Below are positions 24,177 through 32,540 of a DNA stretch of 34,557 nucleotides, in pieces. The DNA lies in IMG/VR virus record IMGVR_UViG_3300044615_001608, positions 1-34,557 of that record; one strand, written 5' to 3'. The stretch comes from a virus (taxonomy: Duplodnaviria > Caudoviricetes). Under the pieces are notes generated by a model. It ran no database searches. It was given only the letters and a program-made list of their open reading frames with translations, and was not told where the DNA came from. The translations under genes were made by a program, and so were the position numbers. Positions within the stretch are counted from its first letter, which is position 1. Each line of letters starts with the position of its first letter.

Positions 24177-24977
24177 TTACGCGTAGTTTGGGTCGCCCTC
24201 GTAGAGCGAGCGGCCTCGCCCTCCTCGGACGTCCCTGGATTGCTGGGTTGTGAGCACGTTCGTTTGCAGGAGATCTGTGTCTTCCTGCTCCGCATCGATG
24301 CGAGCCTCTTGGATGGCCTGTTGCAACAGTGCCTCATCGAACTGGCCGCGCCGCTTGTACCGCTGGAACGTCGCGGACGCTTCCGCGATCACGTACCGCG
24401 CGAGCGCGTGCGTCAGGCTGTCGAAGTCCAGCATCACGGCGATCAGTGCGGTGACGTCGGCGGAAAGCTCGAAGGTGGACAGGATTGGGTCGTAGAGGAA
24501 CCCGTCGCGGGTCACGAACGCGATCGGCTCTTTTGCCGCCGGCATGATGCTCAGCCAGTCGCTCGAAACGGGAATCTTGGCCTGGACGACGTCGGTGTAC
24601 GCGACCACGGTGCGAAGAACGCCGCCGGACGCCGAGATTGTGCCAGACCCGGTGAAAGTCCCAGACACCGGGCGAAGGTAGACATAGCCACCCTCCTCGT
24701 ACGCGAACATCCCCGTGGCGCCGCCGCTGTGTGTCACAATCTGGTCGAGCGTGAACGTTCCGGTCGACACCGTCACCTGCAAGCGGACGGTCGGAAGCGT
24801 GACCAAGAGCTGAATCTCGCGGTTGCAGGCCCACCCGCGGCGAAGGATCTTCTTCCTTGCCCGGTCAAGGTGCGTTTCCGCCTCCGCGACGTCGGACGTC
24901 CCGCCGGTGTCAAGCTCCAGCGACGGTTGCTCGCCGACAGACTCCAGCACCTCGTTGACCGCTTCAAGCGTTGTCAT
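24177..24977 (-). CDS. Tail tubular protein A / adaptor (T7 gp11-like) with internal insertion
   Basis: TTLEAVNEVLESVGEQP, ILRRGWACNRE, RDGFLYD, DFDSL...ARYVI. Confidence 0.9.
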   Translation of the reverse strand: MTTLEAVNEVLESVGEQPSLELDTGGTSDVAEAETHLDRARKKILRRGWACNREIQLLVTLPTVRLQVTVSTGTFTLDQIVTHSGGATGMFAYEEGGYVYLRPVSGTFTGSGTISASGGVLRTVVAYTDVVQAKIPVSSDWLSIMPAAKEPIAFVTRDGFLYDPILSTFELSADVTALIAVMLDFDSLTHALARYVIAEASATFQRYKRRGQFDEALLQQAIQEARIDAEQEDTDLLQTNVLTTQQSRDVRGGRGRSLYEGDPNYA

Positions 24978-25008
24978 GGGCTCCCCTTCACATTGTGCAC
25001 AAACCTGC

Positions 25009-25683
25009 CTAGTACGTCGGGACTTCGGCCCATTCGATGTTGACGCTGGCGGTCCACGTTCCGGTCGCGGGAACAGCCACCGAGCGGATCACGATTCCTT
25101 CGTTGGCCGCGAGAACGAGCGGGTGGCCACCGCTCGGGATGTCCGCGTCAAAGAACACCGTGCCGGGCGGGATGATCTGCCCGTTCAAGGATGCGGTGAT
25201 CGGGCCGGGCGCGAGGATGCTGGAAATGGCTACGCTTTCCAGCGTCTTTGTTCCCACGCCAAGGGCCGCAGTGGTTGAGATTCTCATGTCGCCGTTGCCG
25301 AGTACCGAGTTCGCCATTGACGCGCGACGCTTGAGCAGGGCCGCGGGGTTTGGTGCCGTGCCCCCCGTGCCTGCACTAGACCAACCCGCCGCCTTGAGCA
25401 TGTCGATCTGCACAGGAACGCCAGCCGCAAAGAACGTCGTCGAAACGGACGCCGAAAGCGTGATCCGCTTGATGGCACACAGGAACGCACTGCTCACCCA
25501 TCGGAACTGAAAAATCTCGGAGTTGGCCGCAAGCGCCGCCGGCAGAATGCCCGTGAATCCGCCGTAGGAATAGTGACCGCCCGTGCTGTGATCAAGCGGT
25601 CGAAGCGAAACCCTCGCAGCTTTGTGCGTGCCGTCCACGCCCTGCATGTTGGCTGGAGTGTTTGGGTCTTGAATCGTTGCCAT
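25009..25683 (-). CDS. Putative virion structural protein (beta-rich)
   Basis: GGAG RBS; HPLVLAANEGIVIR...SVNIEWAEV ending; Gly/Ala/Thr-rich. Confidence 0.6.
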   Translation of the reverse strand: MATIQDPNTPANMQGVDGTHKAARVSLRPLDHSTGGHYSYGGFTGILPAALAANSEIFQFRWVSSAFLCAIKRITLSASVSTTFFAAGVPVQIDMLKAAGWSSAGTGGTAPNPAALLKRRASMANSVLGNGDMRISTTAALGVGTKTLESVAISSILAPGPITASLNGQIIPPGTVFFDADIPSGGHPLVLAANEGIVIRSVAVPATGTWTASVNIEWAEVPTY

Positions 25684-25691
25684 GCGTTCTC

Positions 25692-26150
25692 CTACGTCGA
25701 CACTGCGTAACCGAGAGCGACGTAACCGGCCACAGGACCGGTTGAACGCCAGTGAACACGGATCGTGCTGCTGTCGAGGACGTACCCGGACGCGATTACC
25801 GCGTCCATCTCGATCTCGTCTCGAAGGTCGCCTTTGCCCGTCGCGGCCACCGCGAGATGCTGGATCAGAACGTTCGCCCCTGGCGTGAGCCCGGAGAGCC
25901 CGGTGATGTCAAACGTGCCGCCGGTTGACGCCACGGATCCGAGATTGGCCTGATACGTCGTGAGCGAAAGCCCGCCACCGCCCGCCGCCGCAGGAGCCCA
26001 AGCGGTTCCGTTCCAGGCGAGTGCTTGGCCGGTCGTGGCGCCGTCCTGTGCGACCCGCGTCAAGGGAACCTTGCCAACCGTGAGCACGTTCCCGTTGGCA
26101 GCCAGGATCGTCGTGCCGTCGTACTTGACGGTTCCCGCGATGGATGGCAC
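25692..26150 (-). CDS. Putative tail-fibre-related protein
   Basis: GATTGQALAWNGTAWAPAAAGGGG is a common fibre segment. Confidence 0.6.
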   Translation of the reverse strand: MPSIAGTVKYDGTTILAANGNVLTVGKVPLTRVAQDGATTGQALAWNGTAWAPAAAGGGGLSLTTYQANLGSVASTGGTFDITGLSGLTPGANVLIQHLAVAATGKGDLRDEIEMDAVIASGYVLDSSTIRVHWRSTGPVAGYVALGYAVST

Positions 26151-26725
26151 TAGACGCCCCCGGCGGCGATGGCTTTGAGCACGTCGATGATGCCAGGGCC
26201 GACCGCTTCCACGATCTTGCCCAAAGCCTCATTGTCGCTCAAAAGCGTCTTGGCAGATTCGGCGTCGCGCGCGATCATCACGGGTCCGAGCCGATCCCAG
26301 ACCTCATTCTGCGCCTTGACCACCGGCGAGGCGAGTGTCGAGAAGGTGAACCCCTCGAGTTTCGTGCCGTCCGGCATCGTCGCTTTGTCGACCGAAAACG
26401 TGACGTCCGTGTCGCTGGCGATCTTGGCTTCACGCCCAAAGAACGGGAAGAGCATCACGCGCGAGGTCGGCCCGAGTGACTCGACCACCGCCCCGTTGTC
26501 GTCGAACATGCGGATGTACTTGCCGGGGACGCTGGTCTCGCTGTCCCATGTTTCCCCGTCTTTCGACAGGCTCACGCGGTTTGGGCTGGCGTTGCGGGAA
26601 GCGACGGCGCCGTCGGGCTTCTTGTCCCACGACGATCCAATCTGCGACCCCGAGCACCCAGCCAGGACCATTCCGAGAATCGCCGCACCAAGCACCGAGA
26701 CCGCACTGCGTTTGAGAAAGCTCAT
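26150..26725 (-). CDS. Lipoprotein (possible spanin)
   Basis: Basic N-terminus, hydrophobic core and lipobox LAGC; amphipathic C-terminal helix. Confidence 0.75.
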   Translation of the reverse strand: MSFLKRSAVSVLGAAILGMVLAGCSGSQIGSSWDKKPDGAVASRNASPNRVSLSKDGETWDSETSVPGKYIRMFDDNGAVVESLGPTSRVMLFPFFGREAKIASDTDVTFSVDKATMPDGTKLEGFTFSTLASPVVKAQNEVWDRLGPVMIARDAESAKTLLSDNEALGKIVEAVGPGIIDVLKAIAAGGV

Positions 26726-27417
26726 GGGATTCCCTTGATGTCCTTCGCAAGATCGATCGCCCGAAGAACCGCTTCGTCGACCCGCTCGCGAGCTGTGGGC
26801 GTGTTAGCACCCGCAAAGATGATGATGTCGTTGCTGCCCGCAGCCTTGATCTGCATGGCAATTGTGTCACGGTCATGGATCACGACGTCGTTGCCGTACG
26901 GCTCGTCAACTCCCATTTGTGCCTGTACTTCGACGCAGAAAGCGGAGCGGGTCTTGGAGGCGCGGCCGACCTCTTCCAGCCGGGCGGAGCGGTATTTGGC
27001 CCACGGCAGGTAGTTCCGCGGCGATTCGTAGCCGGGCCGCGGGTACCCGTCGAGCGAGAAGCTCGCGTACTGGATTGGCTCGCCGGGCCGCGTCGGCCGG
27101 CGAAGTGCCATGACAAGCCGGTTGAGCGGGTGGTCGTACTGGCGGAGTCCGCAGTCGATCCCGTACGCGAACACGCGCCCGGTCGAAGGCCAACCAGACT
27201 TGAAGATCGACGGCCAGTGCTGGAGCGGCGTGGGCACGATGTTGTCCGGCTCGAAGTTGAGAAGACGCCCGTTCGGCCTAGCTGTCTGCGCCGACACGCT
27301 GGGACGCCTTGGCGTGCCCGCTCGCCCGCAGTCCGCGTGCTCGATCGAGAGAATGCCGGCGGGTAGCTGCAAGGCCGGAGCCTGCAACGGGAAGGTGTAG
27401 CAGACGCCGATGGTCAC
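26722..27417 (-). CDS. Hypothetical protein between holin-like gene and lipoprotein
   Basis: 231-aa ORF overlapping both neighbours by 4 nt; no motif recognised. Confidence 0.65.
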   Translation of the reverse strand: MTIGVCYTFPLQAPALQLPAGILSIEHADCGRAGTPRRPSVSAQTARPNGRLLNFEPDNIVPTPLQHWPSIFKSGWPSTGRVFAYGIDCGLRQYDHPLNRLVMALRRPTRPGEPIQYASFSLDGYPRPGYESPRNYLPWAKYRSARLEEVGRASKTRSAFCVEVQAQMGVDEPYGNDVVIHDRDTIAMQIKAAGSNDIIIFAGANTPTARERVDEAVLRAIDLAKDIKGIP

Positions 27418-27653
27418 TGCTTGGCCCCGGCCTGCTCGCTGCTGACCTTGTTGTCACGCGCGACAATCAAGCCGCCGCCGGTGACGATCGACACCGCCGA
27501 CACGAGCTTGACCGCCATCTCGGGAGAGATTCCCAGGTCGTCGGCAAAGAGGAGAACGAGCGATAGGACGATCGTTACCAGACCGGCGAGCTTCGTGCGC
27601 CACGAAGGCCCGAACCACTCGGCGATCTTGGCGGGGACGGTTCCGGTGCTCAT
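27414..27653 (-). CDS. Holin-like protein (2 TM, 79 aa)
   Basis: Start reassigned to ATG 27653; SWRTKLAG, two TM segments, GLIVARDNKVSSEQAGAK ending typical of small phage holin-like proteins. Confidence 0.7.
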   Translation of the reverse strand: MSTGTVPAKIAEWFGPSWRTKLAGLVTIVLSLVLLFADDLGISPEMAVKLVSAVSIVTGGGLIVARDNKVSSEQAGAKQ

Positions 27654-27907
27654 GGGGTCCTCCGAATCAGCGTTTTGACGTCGTTGCGGATCTCGTTGAC
27701 CGTTTCTCTGAGGTCGCTGATTCGCTCCTTGAGGTTGGCGATCTCCGCGTCCTGTCGCTGGTTGGCGTACTCGACGTCGTTCTTCGCCTTGATCGCGACC
27801 CCGCCGGCGCCAAGAAGACACACGCACGCGCTCAAGCCCATGCCGAGCGTCATCGAGAAGCGGGTGTTCTTGCTGAGAGAGCCTGGAACTGGTTTAGAGT
27901 CGGACAT
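27650..27907 (-). CDS. Small membrane protein with C-terminal coiled coil
   Basis: One TM (LGMGLSACVCLLGAGGVAI) followed by IANLKERISDLRETVNEIRNDVKTLI. Confidence 0.65.
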   Translation of the reverse strand: MSDSKPVPGSLSKNTRFSMTLGMGLSACVCLLGAGGVAIKAKNDVEYANQRQDAEIANLKERISDLRETVNEIRNDVKTLIRRTP

Positions 27908-30137
27908 TGCCCCTTCCCTTCTTCTTGCGAATCACCCGACGCGGACGCCCGCGAAGCCCGCCGCGGCGGCGTGGCGATCCTTCGCCTTCGGTGTAATACT
28001 CCACGGCTCGCTGATGGAAGATCCGGTACGCAGCCGCAGTGTGGTGGATCAGATCGGTCGTCGAAGCGCCGTAGTCCTTTGCCACGATTTCAGCCGCGGT
28101 CCACATGCGGGACATATCCAACACCACGAAGCCGGGCAAGGAGCCAAGCCGGCCCGAAATCTCGGTGGCGAACTCGCGGAGCCTTCCCTCGCGAGCGGCG
28201 TCGCCCGCAAGGGCGGCCGAGAACTGGTCGCTGTACGTCGGCGAGTCGGACGTCGGCATGGGCCGGATCCACACATACCCGAACGTCTCGATGCTGCCGC
28301 CGGCGTCGATCCAGCGATCCCGCTCCCACAGGTAGTCGAAGAGGACTTCGGATGCGAACCCGAGAGGGTGCGTCGTCGGGTAGCCCTGGTACACCACGTC
28401 GCTCGCGACCAAGTCCGCGGGCGTCGATCCAAACACGCCCCAGACGCAATCTTGGAGCTGCGTGCCAGTTCGCGTCCGGTACCAGATGTACTGACCCTCT
28501 ACGTAGATCATCCCCTGCGTGGCAAGGTTCGCGGCGTTGAGCACGTCGATCGTGGTGTCGCCCTTGGTGTGCGGGCCGTCAATCAGTGTGGAGACTCCAG
28601 GTCGCTCGGTCCACGGATACTCGGGGATGTACGGACCGCCGTAGCCGCCGTCGCCGGTTTCGTTGTGGCCGAACACGCAAACGTGAAGAAGGGCGATGTT
28701 GTTGTTGCCGCCGACGTCCGTGTCGTCGAACATGCGGATCATCTTGTTCTGCTCAATCACGCCGACGGCAAACTCGTTGACCGAGTGCGCGGCCGAGTAG
28801 ACATTCAGCTCGCGGTGAAGGTCGTTGAGCGTCTTGCCGCCCTCGCTGAGCGGAGGCATCTGCACGACGCCGGTCGCGCGGGATCCAGAGAAGCCGCCAA
28901 CGCCCATCACGGCAGCCGGACCCCAAGGCCCGTCCTGGCCGAAGGTGTCGCGGGCAGTGCTCACGTTGAGCGTGACGCCGCCGCGATCAGCCGTCGCCTG
29001 CGCCACGGTCTGCACGACCTTGTTGAGCGTGCCAACGGCGGTCCCGGTCATGTTCGTGACGGTGCCCGCGCCGATGCTGGTGTAGGACGTGTCGGTGTTC
29101 GCGGGGCTGCCCTGGGTGTACGCCTCGGTCTGGATCGTCGCTTCGGTGATGACGGACGCCGACAGGCTCTTGTAGAACGCCGCGATCCGCAGTTCGGAGT
29201 TGACGCCGAGGGGGTGCTCGGGACGCACCAATCCAGAGATCGGGCTCTCGAACCCCTGAACGACGCGGGTACCCGGGCTCTGTGCCGGCTGAGCACCGCC
29301 GCCGACCGCCCGCGTGATTGTCCCGCTCAAGATGTTGCCAGTGCGGGTCGACGCATTGATCTGCTCGGTGCCGATCCGGATGCGGATGTTCGTCTTGGGG
29401 AGGAAGGATGCGTCGGTAAGCTCGATGGTCGCCGGCGTGGTGTTGAGTGCAAGCGAAGAAACGAGCGTCGTCTCGCCGAGATACGTCGAAACCGGCCCGC
29501 TCCACACCTGCACGCGGCTAACCGTCGCGCCGCTGGCATGGTTGGTGGCGATTGAGTTGACGCCCCGCACCACACCGCCGTTGACAAGTGTTCCGGTCGC
29601 ATTGTTGTACGAGATGATCTCGTTGCCGATCTTGAGGTATGCGGTGAACCCGCTGTTGGGATCCAAGATCGCGGTGCCGTCTGCAACGGTCAGAGAAGTG
29701 TCGCCCGCGACGATGGCGCCGTTGAGCGTGGTGGTCTGCGGAGACTCGAAACCGATGACCGGAACCGTGAACCCCAACGCCTTCGCCGAAGTCGGGTAGC
29801 CGGGCAAGCTCCACTCCGTCGACCACATCGCACCTTCGACGAAGCTCAGGTTCCAACGACGGCGCATGAACGCATAGCCGTTGGTTTCAGCCGTGCCGCC
29901 CGAGATGTTGGGCGGGCTCCAAACGCCGCGAGCGCCAGCCTTGGTGAGCAGTGCTCCCGCGAAGCCGGCCGAATGCCCCTGTCCCGCGTAGGCACCGGTT
30001 GAGTCGCCCTTTGCTTTGATAGCCAGCGTGCCGGTGTTCTCGGCGTAATCCACCCAGTAGTCCAAGGTGTTGCGCTGCGCGAGCGCGGGAGAAGTAAACG
30101 CCAGGACAAGCAGAAGCAGAAGGCGAAAGCGAAGCAT
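27894..30137 (-). CDS. Signal-peptide protein with split SGNH/GDSL-like motifs and three ~70-aa beta repeats
   Basis: MLRFRLLLLLVLAFTSPALA|Q; GDS, FGHNE, DLIH; three T-L...T.I.V.D...I.I..E.I.Y...G.....RG modules. Confidence 0.65.
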   Translation of the reverse strand: MLRFRLLLLLVLAFTSPALAQRNTLDYWVDYAENTGTLAIKAKGDSTGAYAGQGHSAGFAGALLTKAGARGVWSPPNISGGTAETNGYAFMRRRWNLSFVEGAMWSTEWSLPGYPTSAKALGFTVPVIGFESPQTTTLNGAIVAGDTSLTVADGTAILDPNSGFTAYLKIGNEIISYNNATGTLVNGGVVRGVNSIATNHASGATVSRVQVWSGPVSTYLGETTLVSSLALNTTPATIELTDASFLPKTNIRIRIGTEQINASTRTGNILSGTITRAVGGGAQPAQSPGTRVVQGFESPISGLVRPEHPLGVNSELRIAAFYKSLSASVITEATIQTEAYTQGSPANTDTSYTSIGAGTVTNMTGTAVGTLNKVVQTVAQATADRGGVTLNVSTARDTFGQDGPWGPAAVMGVGGFSGSRATGVVQMPPLSEGGKTLNDLHRELNVYSAAHSVNEFAVGVIEQNKMIRMFDDTDVGGNNNIALLHVCVFGHNETGDGGYGGPYIPEYPWTERPGVSTLIDGPHTKGDTTIDVLNAANLATQGMIYVEGQYIWYRTRTGTQLQDCVWGVFGSTPADLVASDVVYQGYPTTHPLGFASEVLFDYLWERDRWIDAGGSIETFGYVWIRPMPTSDSPTYSDQFSAALAGDAAREGRLREFATEISGRLGSLPGFVVLDMSRMWTAAEIVAKDYGASTTDLIHHTAAAYRIFHQRAVEYYTEGEGSPRRRGGLRGRPRRVIRKKKGRGNVRL

Positions 30138-30166
30138 CGAGTTTGCTCCAAAGGTGGCGAGAGTGA

Positions 30167-30781
30167 TCAGACGCCGAAGCGGTACAGGTACTTCGCCGCG
30201 GAGGCGCCCGTGCGGTCCGTCTCAAGCACGAACCCATGCACGTTGCCCGTCTCGGGGACGAACAGTGTGGCTCCGGCAGACCCCGTGAACACCAACGGGG
30301 CCACTCCACCAAAGGCGTTGGTGATCGCGGTTCCGTAGGCAGCAGTCGTCACGCTGAGAGTGTCACAGAGCTTGTCGGCCGACGTCACGCCGTAGACTGC
30401 AACGCCGGCGGTCGAGCTGAGGGTTGCCGTACCCGAACAGAAGAGCTGGAGGCAGTAGTCGTCGATCCCGCCCGTGTCGTTGTATGTCACGGTCACTGCC
30501 CACAGCTTGTAGTCGAACGTCGTCGCCGCGGATCCCTCGCCATACGGGAGGAACTCGAGAAACCGCGGCTTGTTGCTGTCGGTGCCGAGCACGATCATCC
30601 CGGTCGGCTTGGTCGCGGTGCGGCCGGCGGAAAGCGTGAACGCGTCCTGTGTCGCGTACGTGGTCGGCCCGCGGAAGTAGCCGTCGGACCGCAGCGGCTC
30701 CATGGCCGGGCGGAGCGCCAGCATCGAGGCTGTCGTCGCCAGCCCTGCCACAATTGCCAAAAGTGCCACTTTGGTTCGCAT
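30167..30781 (-). CDS. Hypothetical beta-rich protein with N-terminal signal/anchor
   Basis: Start reassigned to ATG 30781 after GGGAG RBS and the terminator; MRTKVALLAIVAGLATTASMLA. Confidence 0.7.
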   Translation of the reverse strand: MRTKVALLAIVAGLATTASMLALRPAMEPLRSDGYFRGPTTYATQDAFTLSAGRTATKPTGMIVLGTDSNKPRFLEFLPYGEGSAATTFDYKLWAVTVTYNDTGGIDDYCLQLFCSGTATLSSTAGVAVYGVTSADKLCDTLSVTTAAYGTAITNAFGGVAPLVFTGSAGATLFVPETGNVHGFVLETDRTGASAAKYLYRFGV

Positions 30782-30795
30782 CGTCGTTCTCCCTG

Positions 30796-30829
30796 AAACA
30801 AAGAAGGAGGCTTGGTTTCCCAAGCCTCC
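30796..30829 (-). terminator. Intrinsic terminator downstream of the capsid genes (T-phi-like position)
   Basis: GGAGGCTTGG-GAAA-CCAAGCCTCC-TTCTTTGTTT. Confidence 0.85.
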
Positions 30830-30855
30830 AACCACCAGAAACACGGTTGTTGCCG

Positions 30856-31248
30856 TTAGGTCTGCGTTCCGACCACCGCCCATGCGGAGCCGGTGTTGAT
30901 GTAGAGCTTGTGCGTGCCGGAGACGTTCACGACCGCCAGCGCGCCGGAGTATTCGGCCGCGTGAGTCGGAAGATTGGCCGCCGCCGCAAAGATTCCAAGG
31001 TACAGCACCGACTTGCCCTTGCCGGTGAGTTCGAGGTGGACGTTCGTAGCGGTGGAAGCCGCGTTGTCGTTGTCCGCCTTGATCGTCACCTTGCGGTCGG
31101 TGGCGTTGAGCGCCGCCCCGTTGGCGGTGATCTCGATATGGTCGCTCTTGTCCAGATCCTCCGCCCCCGTGGTCGTGAGGTTCTTGTTGGTTTCGGAGTC
31201 GACCGTTCGCACGATGCCCTGGGGGCAGAGCGTGTTGTTCTTCGGCAT
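30856..31248 (-). CDS. Putative capsid accessory/decoration protein
   Basis: Lies between the capsid gene and the terminator; KLYINTGSAWAVVGTQT ending recalled from small virion proteins. Confidence 0.6.
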   Translation of the reverse strand: MPKNNTLCPQGIVRTVDSETNKNLTTTGAEDLDKSDHIEITANGAALNATDRKVTIKADNDNAASTATNVHLELTGKGKSVLYLGIFAAAANLPTHAAEYSGALAVVNVSGTHKLYINTGSAWAVVGTQT

Positions 31249-31320
31249 CTGATTCTCACTTTCTGGGTGTCACAATGTGTCACCCTCTGACTGCTCTTGA
31301 AACTGCTGGACGACGCTGGT

Positions 31321-32328
31321 TTAGCTGGTGGAGACGTAGACCTCGCCAGCCTGCCAGACTTCGTACTTGCCCATGCCGCACATGATCTTGGACTTCGCCA
31401 TCCAGACGTCGCGGTTCTCGTCCCAGACGACGCGATTGATCATGCCGCCCGTGTGGACCGCACCGATGGGACCGCCGGCCTCGCCCTTGTACATGCACAA
31501 CGCGGCCGGCTGACCGGTCGCACCGCCTACCGACCAGTCGCCGTTGTACTTCGACAGGTCGTTGGTGATGTTGGTGCTCGGGAGGTGGTTGGTGAGGATG
31601 AGCTGGAACCCTTCGACCATGCCGATCGCGCGGTCATGGATCGTGTTCATGCCCGGCGGCACGTAGTCGCGGTTCGTGAACCGGTTCGACCGCGTGCACA
31701 CCTGGTTCATGTACGGGCTGATGAACGCGTAGCGGCTGGTGCGCGGCACGTTCGCATCGTCCATCGACCGGGCGATGTACGACAAGTCCTCGGCGAAGTT
31801 GTCGGCGCCGGTGGAGCTGATCGGGTAAGCCGCGGCAAGCGAAGCCGCCACGCGCTCACGCGTGTGTCCGCCGCCGTGAACGCCGGAAACCGCCCCGGTG
31901 CGAGCCGCGAGCGAAAGCAGCCGGAACCCGCGACGGTCCAGCTTCTCCGAGTTGATCCGCACACACTCGGCCATGTCCTTCTCGGCGATCTGCCACTTCG
32001 AGAGCTGCTGATCAGCCCACGGAATGCGGAGAGCCTTGATGAGAGGATCGTCGACGCCGATGTCGACGTAGTCCTGCGTGGTCGTGCCGCCCTCGATGAA
32101 CTGGCCGGCGACGTGATGCTCAGCATCCTCGGACGACCCGCCGTAGATGTAGAACCGCTCGGAAGCGGCGCCCATGGCGAGGGCCTTCTTGTCGATGAAC
32201 CCGCCGGACCAAAGGATGTTCTTGTCCCGGAAGACCTCGGACATTCTCGCGTCAAGCTCGACGAAGGTCAGCGCACGCGCGTCCGACCCAACCTGGAGCC
32301 CGCGAGCAACGGTGACGTTGCTGCTCAT
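31321..32328 (-). CDS. Major capsid protein (T7 gp10-like)
   Basis: 335 aa after the scaffold; IGVDDPLI, MDDANVP...RYAFISP, FTNRDY, IGMVEGFQLILTNHLP. Confidence 0.93.
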   Translation of the reverse strand: MSSNVTVARGLQVGSDARALTFVELDARMSEVFRDKNILWSGGFIDKKALAMGAASERFYIYGGSSEDAEHHVAGQFIEGGTTTQDYVDIGVDDPLIKALRIPWADQQLSKWQIAEKDMAECVRINSEKLDRRGFRLLSLAARTGAVSGVHGGGHTRERVAASLAAAYPISSTGADNFAEDLSYIARSMDDANVPRTSRYAFISPYMNQVCTRSNRFTNRDYVPPGMNTIHDRAIGMVEGFQLILTNHLPSTNITNDLSKYNGDWSVGGATGQPAALCMYKGEAGGPIGAVHTGGMINRVVWDENRDVWMAKSKIMCGMGKYEVWQAGEVYVSTS

Positions 32329-32500
32329 GTGATTTTCCTTGCAAATTGCGAATGAAGTGGGAACGCGCCGCGGCGTTCAAGGTGTCCGCGATCGGGCTCG
32401 GGCCGCGTGTGCGGGTGTCCGGCGATCAACGGGCTTGGTTGCTGCGGAATCACGCTGTGGCGACGGCGACGAATACACGACGCGTTTGTGCCTTGGCGTG

Positions 32501-32533
32501 AAAAACAAAGCGGCCTCCCGTCAAGGAGGCCGC
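32501..32533 (-). terminator. Intrinsic terminator upstream of the capsid leader
   Basis: GCGGCCTCC-TTGACG-GGAGGCCGC-TTTGTTTTT. Confidence 0.8.
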
Positions 32534-32540
32534 GTGTGGA

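Noticed and set aside
31249-31340. T7-style gp10A/gp10B frameshift extension of the capsid
   Set aside because: No slippery heptamer seen near the capsid stop; the next gene has its own ATG about 70 nt downstream.
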